Part shown: piece after piece, positions 52,885 to 62,129 of the stretch
How the letters are laid out: every line of letters begins with the position of its first letter
Numbering within the stretch: the stretch's first letter is position 1
From: Vezdaea acicularis
Lineage: Eukaryota
Reading direction: 5' to 3'
Assembly: GCA_026025075.1 (NCBI GenBank)
Contig: JAPEUI010000005.1
Location: forward strand, 124,001-188,000
DNA: 64,000 bases
Program-made: the position numbers and the translations under genes
The notes under the pieces: model-generated
Told to the model about the DNA's origin: nothing
The model's input: only the letters and a program-made list of their open reading frames with translations
Database searches by the model: none

Positions 52885-53777
52885 CTAGGCCAGCAGGGGA
52901 AACGCAATCTGGCCGGCCTCAGTGGACCAGTCCTTGATCAATTCCGTGATAACTGCGTTAGTCGACGTCACCGGGATTCCAGCTTGCTTTAAGCGCTCCC
53001 AGGATACCTGCTCCGCCAGCTGGGTTGGACTACCACCCGCGTCGAGAACACACTGCAATTACCACTCAGATATATACCAGTCAGGACAAAAGTTGAGCAC
53101 TCACCTTGATATGGTACCCTTCTGCCTGCATTGAAAGAGCAGGGGGGACGAGGCAGACGTCAGTTGTCACGCCAGCAACAATCAAGTGCTTGCGACCAGC
53201 AGCTCTAACTGCCTTCTCGAAGTTTGGGTCAGTGAAAGCATTCACTACGCCAAGTCTCTTAGTTCTCTTCGCATATGCCTCTGGCGCTGCCTCTTGGATG
53301 ACGTCCAAGAGCAATCCTTGTACATTGTCCTCCCTTGGATTAGCTGTTAGCTAACTGGCCACTTTAACGAATTGAAATTTTCTGACACTTCTGGGTACAG
53401 GATACTTTCAGAAGTGTGGATTTGCAGTCTGGTCTAAGATTATTTGGTCGAAGAGTGCCTTACATGGAGGAAGTCAATACAAGGGGCATCTTCAGCTTCG
53501 TTGCGAAGGTGGCAAGGATCTTGACATTCTTTTCGAGCAGGGCAGCATCGATAGAGTGAACCCAGCCACAAGTACCCTTTTGGTGGTCTATAAGTACAAC
53601 GGCGGTATCTTCGATGTTGAAAGCCTTCGTGAAGTGGTCTTTGTCAGTGATAGCGGCCATAGTTGGGGCTCGAGGCTTGGTGTTTCCTGGCGGAGGCTGA
53701 GACGAGCTACTTGAAGAGAAAAATCGGGATAGTCTAGTAAGTGAATTGGAGATCTTAGTACTCAAAGTTTTGAACAT
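52885..53777 (-). CDS. YcaC-like cysteine hydrolase (isochorismatase superfamily), 3 exons; two in-frame ATGs (53777 and 53660)
   Basis: LIDHQ (catalytic Asp), KRLGVVNAF (Arg), AGVTTDVC (nucleophile Cys), VLDAGGS, EL..DW; introns 53334-53463 and 53053-53104. Confidence 0.92.
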
Positions 53778-53835
53778 TCCTGGACATGCATTTTCACTTT
53801 TACGGTGCTGTTCCTTATCACTAATTATTAGAGCA

Positions 53836-53900
53836 CTCGGCGCCGAGCTCGGTCCACAGCATTGGTCAATTGGTACTAAGCGAAGGCCGAAGCGGGACCG
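53836..53900. promoter_or_regulatory. Overlapping CGG-triplet palindromes (candidate Zn2Cys6 binding sites) in the hydrolase/SNG1 divergent promoter
   Basis: CTCGGCGCCGAG 53836-53847 (CGG-N2-CCG) overlaps CCGAGCTCGG 53843-53852 (CCG-N4-CGG); a further CCG-N3-CGG at about 53887. Confidence 0.55.
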
Positions 53901-54074
53901 ACGTGCCGTCCTGCAAGATTGCCGATGAATGGCATTAACAATTCGATCTACCCTGGAGCTGTCCAGTACAGCAATCGCATTTTTCTTTTCCCTCACAATT
54001 TGTTTACTTTGCAACTATTTTTACGGACAAATTTCTGCGTGACGTTGCTCCTGTGCTCGTGACTCTGCACCACA

Positions 54075-55523
54075 ATGGGTGAAGAGGAAACCACAATGGC
54101 TGGCGCAAAGGAATCGGGAGGTGCTCTCACGCCTCCGCCCGACCCAGTGCCAACTCCAGCTCCAGCTCGCGATCTCTATAGTCTATCCTTCTGGGACAGT
54201 GAATTCCGCGAGACTCGCAAGGTTCTAGGGAAGACCCTTGCGCTTCCACTTCTCTACACCTCGCTACTCATGTGGGCTTGCTTAAGCTTGTATTGGGGGT
54301 CACTACTCTCGAACAATAGTCTTGGAAAGCTTCAGGTATACGCTGTGGACCTTGACGATGGCTTCCTAGGAAAGCAGATCATCAGCGGTATTCAAGAAGC
54401 CATTGCGACCACGCCCAATCACCTCAATTGGCGGTTTGATACTTCAATCACGAGTGATGCTTTGTCGAGAGGCTTGCTCACGGATCAGCGAGCTTGGGGC
54501 GTTGTGCAGGGTGAGCTCTACCCTTGAGTACTGTGCAAGAGCTCTGACCTTACCAAGACCAGTATCTCCCAATGCTTCATCATCTCTGGACAATGCCCTC
54601 CAACACGGCGTAGCTTCCTACAACCCCCTATCGGCTGTCACCATCTACTACCTCTCCGCACGTAACCAGATCACGACAAGTTCCAAGGTCGTTCCAGCAA
54701 TTCTTGCAGCAGTCAATCCGCTCCTTACCAAAGCGAGCATCGCCCATACGGCGGCGTTCCTCGGACAGAACGCTGGGAACGAAAGCATCCTCAGGACTGC
54801 TGGCGCGTGTCCGCAATGCCTTGCGTCCCCCTTCGCAGCTTCCCAAGAGGACCTCCTCGCCTTCGACTCTCCCACGGCGATGGGTACCACCATGGTCGGT
54901 CTAATCTTCCTCCTGACCTTCACCTTCAGCATCTTCCAGCTCCTCCACGCGAACGCCCTCATCATCGGGGCAAAGCTTAACATCCGTTCCGCCTTGTTCT
55001 TTCGAACTTTCAATGCGCTTCTTGCATACTTCTTTCTATCACTATGGTATTCTCTGATCAACCTAGCTTTCAAGGTGCCTGTGACTCGCCATTATGGCGG
55101 TGGAGGGTTTCTACTGTTTTGGCTTTTGAATTTCTGCACGATGACTTCTGGTAAGGCTCCCCATTCGCCGTGTTTACCAGCATCTCTTAACCTCCTACAG
55201 TCGGTCTTCCCATGGAATCTATCTTCACCTTCCTTGGCGTCCAGTGGGCTGGCTACTTCCTGCCCTTCTGGATCATCGTCAACGTCGCCGGTTCATTCAC
55301 CTCGTTCGAGCTCATGCCTGGCTTTTATAAGTACGGCTACGCCTTTCCGTTCTACCACGCGATCGAGGGGACGCGTACGATTGTCTTTGGGACGAAGAAC
55401 CACCTAGGAAGGAACTTTGGTGTTCTGATTGCTTGGACGGTGCTGGGGTTGATCGGCATGTTTGTACTCACAGTGTGGCAGCTGAAAAGGAATTTGAGGA
55501 AGGGGACGCATGCTCTGCCCTGA
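54075..55523 (+). CDS. SNG1: SNG1-family (DUF3533, nitrosoguanidine-resistance-like) multi-pass membrane protein, 3 exons
   Basis: SLYWGSL, VYAVDLD, AWG.V.VSPNAS, ARNQ, FLPFWIIVNV, PGFYKYGYAFPFYHAIEG.RTIVFGTKNHLGRNFGVLIAW; introns about 54511-54561 and 55151-55200. The symbol denotes family membership, not proven orthology. Confidence 0.85.
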
Positions 55524-56955
55524 AACTGTTGGTTTGGTGTGCTCCATGCTGCGAGACCACGCTAGATAGTCGTAAAGAAAAGTGGTTGGCCGTACTATAG
55601 AGTATCTATGGTTGAAAAACAATTGCTGAGATCGCATCTTGCACTGGCACGATAAATGGAGAAGTAGTATTCTACTCTCAAGGACTTCAGAGCCGGCACC
55701 ATATAAAGCATGCCCCGAGAAAGAACTGAAGATTATTGCTTTCTGAACACTGCCTGACTTTGGTTTGGGATATCCTGCTCTCCCCCCCTCCCTCCCATTA
55801 AGACGCCACGGAAGGAAGGTGATTGCTGCCTCCAACTGGAAGTGCGCCACTCCGCAACCCCTTGACGACTTTATGGGCTCCGCTCATCGACGTGCGAGGC
55901 TCTTAGGCGCAGCAGTTCGAGAATCTGTACGTCGTCCACGCTAGACGACCTTATGCGCCGAGCGAACAAGACGCGCGCAGCCGTGGACTCGTCGACCAAC
56001 GGATCCAAAGGCTCATGGATGCCTTCTTGGACATACTAGATAGTAGGCTGGATTATAAGGTTGGAATTCAGAGTAAAAGTGACAAGCCGAATGAGTCATT
56101 TGGGGGGTTTACCCATCAATAATCGCGGGTTGATTGGCATGCCCTTTATGTGGTTGGCCCCCTCATCTTGCAGATACTCAACGAGTGATTAGACGCCAAC
56201 TTCTTTTATGGCCTTGAATACCTTCTAGAGGCTATTCCGACGTGCCAGAGTCCGTGAAGAAGCTATATTTGACACAAATAGGGAATAGACAGAGTCTACC
56301 TTTTCGGCGATATCAAAGTGACTGGTACATTACCAAGTCTTACTATCGGCGGACCATTGGGCACTGAGAATCCATTCGGCGAAACATCTAAAACCTCAGA
56401 CGTAAGACCCCTCCCTAGCCAAGCCCCACCACCAAGAAATTCGATCACCAGCGTTCACGCCCAGTGAAGGGGAGCTTGTCCAAAAGCTATGAAAATGATG
56501 CAATGACCAAATTCCCCGGGATTGCTGTGCCCCATGCGCGCATATTTCTGGTGGACGGGCGATTGTTCAGGTACCGATCCGGAAGGAAGCCGCTCAGGGC
56601 AGGGACAGAACAGGTATGAAAAACAGCGCGGAATATTAGAGGACGATCGTGGATGCGAGAGGAATGGTTCCCAGATGCGCTATATCTCTACGCGAAGAAG
56701 CTGCGCGCGGGGTGCTCTGAGAGCGGGGTGTGATGTTATTGAGGAGCCTGTGAGCTAATCATTGATGTTAGGATTCATTGAGAGAGAAGATGTCATAGAT
56801 GAGATGGAGGTTCAGAAGAGGCCGTTTAAAAGAGCGCAAGGGCGCTGCTTTGGTTTCTCGAACTCTTTGAAATTTCCGAAACATTCTCTTCCTTGCCCAT
56901 TTCTCCCATATACGTGTCCCAGTCCTTCCTATTGCCCTCGCCAGACATTGAAAAT

Positions 56956-58042
56956 ATGAAGTCTTTCCTCTTCCTTACGCTGGCAACAGCAGTCCTCAGC
57001 CAGTCTCTCCTCGACGCCATCAACGCTATCCCGGACCTCTCCACTCTCGCCGGCTTCATCGAACGTGACCCCACCATCAACGAGACCTACAGCACTGCTT
57101 CAAACGTGACTCTGTTCGCCCCCTCGAATGAAGCGTTCGCAGCGGCGGTCGCCTCTCCTGTAGGTTACTTGCTGAACGACCCGGACATTGTGCACCAGGC
57201 GTTGGCGTATGTCCTCGTCAACGGGACGTGGCCATCTACTGCGTTCAGTACGGTGCCGAGCTTTTATAGCAGCTTCTTGACGAACAGCAGCTGGACGAAT
57301 GTAACGGGAGGTGCGCCGGTGGAGGTGGTCGTCGAGGGGAACGATACAGTGTTTAGAGGGAGTGGGGCGTTTCCGGGGAGTAAGATCGTGAGCGCTGTAA
57401 GTCATTCCTGTGCTCCTTTGCCCTTCCCTTGAGCTCTCTTGTAGCCCACCCACAGGCCATCTTCTTCAGCAGGAAAAGTATACGTAAGATGAGGTGACTG
57501 ATTAGCCTAGGACCACGCCTTCCCGGGCGGCGTTGTCCACGTCATTGACTCTCTCACCAACACCCCCGCGAACATCTCCTACACCGCCGCGGCCATCAAC
57601 AACACGGCTCTTCTCACCGTGGTGAATGCCGGTCAAATCGGACCATTTGAAAGTCCGCACGACGTGACGTTCCTCGGGCTCTCGAACGATGCGTTTAGCG
57701 AGGTGATAGATCGGTATTATGTGAAGAAGACGCTTTCTTATGACGATCTGCAGAAGATCTTACTCAGCTCTCGAGTTGAGGGCCAGGTGATCTTCTCGAC
57801 GGGTTGGACGACCGAGGGCGTGAGTGTAGAGACGGCGTTGGGGACGAATGTGACGCTCAAGATTGTGAATGGGACGAACTATGTAGACGACGCGCCGGTC
57901 GTGCAGAAAGACCTGTTAGTTGCGAATGGGGTCTTGCACTTATTGGGAAGGTGAGTAGAATGACGGGAAGGGGCCGATGGAGCGCGAAATGCTGATGTTC
58001 GTCGATAGTGTGAATTATCCACCCGGTGTTGCATCGCAGTAG
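56956..58042 (+). CDS. Secreted fasciclin (two FAS1 domains) glycoprotein, 3 exons
   Basis: Signal peptide MKSFLFLTLATAVLS, TLFAPSNEAF (H1), GGVVHVID (H2), TFLGLSNDAF, DLLVANGVLHLL; many NxS/T sites; introns 57397-57510 and 57951-58008. Confidence 0.9.
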
Positions 58043-59624
58043 ATGCGCCACGGGCCAAGAAGAAAGCTGGATGTCAGGAATGACTCCACTTTTATGGTCC
58101 CGTACGGGCTAGGCGGAGCTGGCAGTTATATCGCTTCTGCTAAAAACCGTATGAGGGAGATGAGAAGCCGAAAATAGCAACGGAGATCCTCCGAGGGCGT
58201 TGCGTGGACTCGGAGGCGATTAAAATGTAGAGTAAAAGCGGTCCGGTGTACGAGTACAAAAGTACAAACATGATATGATTTTGAAACCCCTTGGGCAATT
58301 GTTTTTAGAGAACGGGTCCATCGTAGTACCATAGTACTATGACATCCCATTGATACGACATGATACGCAGAATGAAATGGAGAAGTACAGCTACTTCTCG
58401 TGAGCGGCGCAAGAAAAGATGAAAAGAGAAATGTCTATGCTAGGTATAGACACGGTAGGAGTAAGCTAATTAGCCAGCCCAAGAGGGCTCAGCACGCCAG
58501 TCTCTGAGCTTGACCTCCCGTCAGCCAGTGGAGTACTCGCCCATCCAACCCAGCAACACCCCTCTCACCAACCAAAGGCCGTCACGCGCACCGGACAGTA
58601 CCGTTCTTCCCCTTCCTTCCAGAACGTCGAATACACCGTCTCGCCGCACCTCTTATCACTCTACCAATCCACCAATTCATCACCGCTCCCCCCCCTCCTC
58701 TGGCCGAGCACAAGATTAATTCATCCGAGTCCAGGATTCGAGACTAGTTCATTCCAGATCCAGACGCGCCTCACCCCTCGGAAGTCGAACTCAGCCAAGC
58801 CCAGTTCGGTGCATGAGCTTAATCGCACTCCACCTCTATCTCCCATGTTGCTCTTTTCTTGGCTTTTTGGCTGGGCTTCTCCCCTCAATTGCAGATCCAA
58901 CGGGAAGTGTTGTACACAGCTCCTCCCTCCATTGTCAGATGAACCCACCGACCCGTCATCTCTCCCCAACCCTCCCCCCTCGCGGCCTGGCCGGAAGACG
59001 TCCAAACAAGAGTCGTAGGTGAAAGCCAGCGGATGGATGTCATGCATGACCCCCCGGCTTCCACCTTCCCCTTATCCACCAATACACCCATATCCGCCCA
59101 CCCACGCTCCTCACCAGCAGCTCCCCATCCCACATCTCTCATCCCCCCCAAAAATCTTTCCCAAAAAAGAGAAAAGAAAGCCAAAAAAATCATCCTGCAC
59201 ATTTCCCCATCGCAAGAGAAACTTCCCCTCATCCCCATCTTGCCGTCTCTACGAAACGGAACAGAACCGCGCCTAACCTCCTCAGACTCAATCTAAAAAG
59301 GTCCTATCGCTTCCCATTCCTCAAGAGCCCTAATCTCCCCAAAAAAAACTCTCTATTCTTCCTCTCTATACCTCTCCCCACGCCTACCGATAATACCCGA
59401 ATAAACCAAGCTCCACCTAGCGCCACCACCCCGCGCTTACAAGCTATCCTTGCGCCTACTAGTCCCCATAACAAAGCACATCCAAGCACCATCCAACCCC
59501 CATCCTAGCTTCCGGTCGCTCAACCATCCCATTGGTCCGAACAGAGTCTACCGATAACGAAAGATTTGATGGGCTCGCTTCGGTTTGATTCGGGGAGAGA
59601 GGGGGTTCTACTGGACTGGTTAGA

Positions 59625-59800
59625 GATGGATGGGATGGAGGTGTGAGTAAACATGAAAAAGGGAAAAGGGGGGAAAGTGTTTTGGTTGGTTGGGTAGTTG
59701 GGTAGTCGGTTGGTCGGTTAGTTGGTGGGCCGGTGAAGAGACAGACAGACAGACAGACAGCCACATAGGCATACAAGACAAACAAAATAGTGTGTGTATA
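59625..59800. repeat. Microsatellite cluster: (GGAT)n, (GGTT)n, (GACA)n, (TG)n
   Basis: Directly visible tandem units. Confidence 0.85.
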
Positions 59801-60573
59801 CTGTACTCGGGAGAGAGCGGCCGGGTTTAATGCAATATAGAAATCTTTTCTCTGTCGTGCGTACTCACTCCACCTGCTATGCGCGTAGTAAGAGGCGGGG
59901 AGGGGTGGGGGGGAGTGTGGTACAGAAAGCAGCACCAAGAAGTGGGGCGAGATGGTGGAGAGGGGGTTGGTCATTACGCTCGTGAGTTGAAGGGATGAGT
60001 TGTGGGGAGGTGTGAGGTGGGGGGGTGAGGAGGTGTGAGATGGGCAGCATAGAATCGTGCGCGTGTGATGATGGGAACGGGGGGGATGCAGGGGCTGGTT
60101 ATGTCTAATGTATATATAGCACCGTCTCCCTTGGGAAATGACGCGGTTCAGAGCTCTCAAGGAGCTCAAAAAGCTCACGTCCATCGCCTACATAATCACG
60201 CAGAACATATCAATGAAGAAGAACGGTACTGCTGCTGCAAAAGGAGGATAGGGGGGGGTATATATATGATTTCGAATAGAGGTGTTGGTGATTTTTCTAA
60301 ACGTTCAGATTTGATTACATGATAAGACAGTTAAAAGACCAGCCGCGAAAACCATGCTTGCTTGCTTTGCTCGCACGCCACTCCGGAGAGAACCCACAAC
60401 GACGGCAACGACGACAGCACCAACGCGCTCGCTCTCACATACTCACACGCACGCACAAGCACGGAGAAGGAGGGAGGCTGCTTTGGTGGGAAAAGAAAGA
60501 AGAACCCAGAGCAGCACCGCCCTCAACCGCACGCGCGTGCGCGGGGGGAGAGAGAGAGAGAGAAAGACATTTC

Positions 60574-62046
60574 CTAAACAACAGGTTTCTCGTTGACGGG
60601 ATGGATGCCCTCGCCGGTGCCGGAGGGCAGTTCGGTCTTGCCGTTGCTGCTGCCGGCGGGGTCCTTGCCGACGAGGATGCCAGACATGCCCTCCTCGCCG
60701 TCGCCGTTGAGGTTATGGCGCATCTTGCGATCGATATCGATGAGGTTGCGGTTATAGTGGGCGAAGGTATAGGGTTCCTCGCCGTGGACGGCATAGTCGC
60801 CGATGAGGAGGTCGGCCTCGGACATGCGCAGGGGGACGCGGCAGACGTACTTGATGAAGCACATGATGAGGGAGGTCCAGAGGATGTTCCAGCCGATGAT
60901 GAAGAGGGCGCCGACGATCTGGAGCCAGACCTGGCGGCCGTTGCCGTCGATGGCGCCGCCGGGGTTGGTGAGGCCGAAGGCGGCGCAGCCCTCGGTCGTG
61001 GCGAAGAGGCCGGTGCCGAAGCCGCCGACGAGCGCGCCCACGAAATGCGTGTGGAAGACGTCGAGGGTGTCGTCGACGACCTTGAAGAGCGTGAGCTTGC
61101 GCCCGGCGATGTTCATGCTGAGCCAGGGGATCGTGCCGGAGCCGACGCCGAGGATGATGGCGCCCCAGCCGGCGACGACACCAGCGGCGGGGGTGATGGC
61201 GACGAGGCCGGTGATCATGCCCTGGATGGCGCCGATGACGGACGGCCGGCGGTAGTAGATCAGATCGCAGGTGACCCAGGTGAGGGAGCTCATGGCGGTT
61301 GCGATGTTCGTGTTGAGCACGGCGACGCCGGCGTCGGGACTGGCCGTGTACGGATCACCTCCGTTGAAACCGTTCCAGCCGATCCACAGGATGCCCGCGC
61401 CCACCAACATCAGCAGGATGTTGTTCGGCTGGTTGTCCTTGAGGTCCTCCTCGATCCGGGGCCCGATCCACCAGGCGCCGACGAAGCCGGCGGTCCCCGA
61501 CGACAAGTGAATGACATATCCTCCCGAGTAGTCGATGACGCCCTTCTTGAAGAGGAAGCCACCGCCCCAGATGCTGTACGCGCCGATGCAGTACGAGAAG
61601 GTGAGCCAGAGCGGCACGAAGATCATCCAGGCGTAGAAGTTCATGCGGCAGAGGTAGGAGCCGGCGGTGAGGATGAGGGTGATGGCGGCGAAGACGAACT
61701 GGAAGTAGACCATGGTCGCCTGGGGGAAGGCCTGCATGACGCCGGCGGAGGGGAGGTTGGATTGCTGCAGTTGATAACTCATGCCCAGCGCCGTGCCGGG
61801 TCGACCGGCGAAGGGGAGCATGTACTCGCCGAAGCCGACCTTGTAGCCCCAGATGACCCAGCAGATGAGGACCATGGCGAAGGCGTAGAAGGCCATGAAG
61901 GCCGAGTTGATGGCCCACTTGTGCTTGACCCAGCCGGCGTAGAGGACGACGAGGCCGGGCACACTTTGCAGCGCGACCAACGAGGCCGCGGTAAGCTGCC
62001 AGGCGTTGTCGCCATTGTCGAGCCAGTCTGGTTTTACAGCAGACAT
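60574..62046 (-). CDS. Ammonium transporter of the MEP-alpha/plant AMT2-like clade, intronless, 490 aa
   Basis: WLDNGDNAWQLTAASLVALQSVPGLVVLYAG.VK.KWAINSAFM, FQFVFAAIT, IDYSGGYVIHLSSG and DDTLDVFHTH (twin His), WNGFNGG, LRMSE..LLIGD.AVHGEE.Y; the ORF-track start at 62202 is TTG, and the first ATG is 62046. Confidence 0.96.
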   Translation of the reverse strand: MSAVKPDWLDNGDNAWQLTAASLVALQSVPGLVVLYAGWVKHKWAINSAFMAFYAFAMVLICWVIWGYKVGFGEYMLPFAGRPGTALGMSYQLQQSNLPSAGVMQAFPQATMVYFQFVFAAITLILTAGSYLCRMNFYAWMIFVPLWLTFSYCIGAYSIWGGGFLFKKGVIDYSGGYVIHLSSGTAGFVGAWWIGPRIEEDLKDNQPNNILLMLVGAGILWIGWNGFNGGDPYTASPDAGVAVLNTNIATAMSSLTWVTCDLIYYRRPSVIGAIQGMITGLVAITPAAGVVAGWGAIILGVGSGTIPWLSMNIAGRKLTLFKVVDDTLDVFHTHFVGALVGGFGTGLFATTEGCAAFGLTNPGGAIDGNGRQVWLQIVGALFIIGWNILWTSLIMCFIKYVCRVPLRMSEADLLIGDYAVHGEEPYTFAHYNRNLIDIDRKMRHNLNGDGEEGMSGILVGKDPAGSSNGKTELPSGTGEGIHPVNEKPVV

Positions 62047-62129
62047 GATGGATGAGAGGTCGTCCGAGTCGTCGTCGGAGAATTGGAGAGCTTTCAGAGG
62101 ACGTACGCGTCGAGAGGGATGCGACAGCT

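Noticed and set aside
58500..59600. Possible MFS transporter relic (minus-strand LFGPMGWLSDRKLG)
   Set aside because: Single motif-like word in low-complexity G-rich DNA with no coherent frame; a BLASTX hit would be needed
60319..62055. 578-aa plus-strand ORF as a real protein
   Set aside because: In-register antisense shadow of the GC3-rich ammonium transporter; low-complexity D/G/A/V composition
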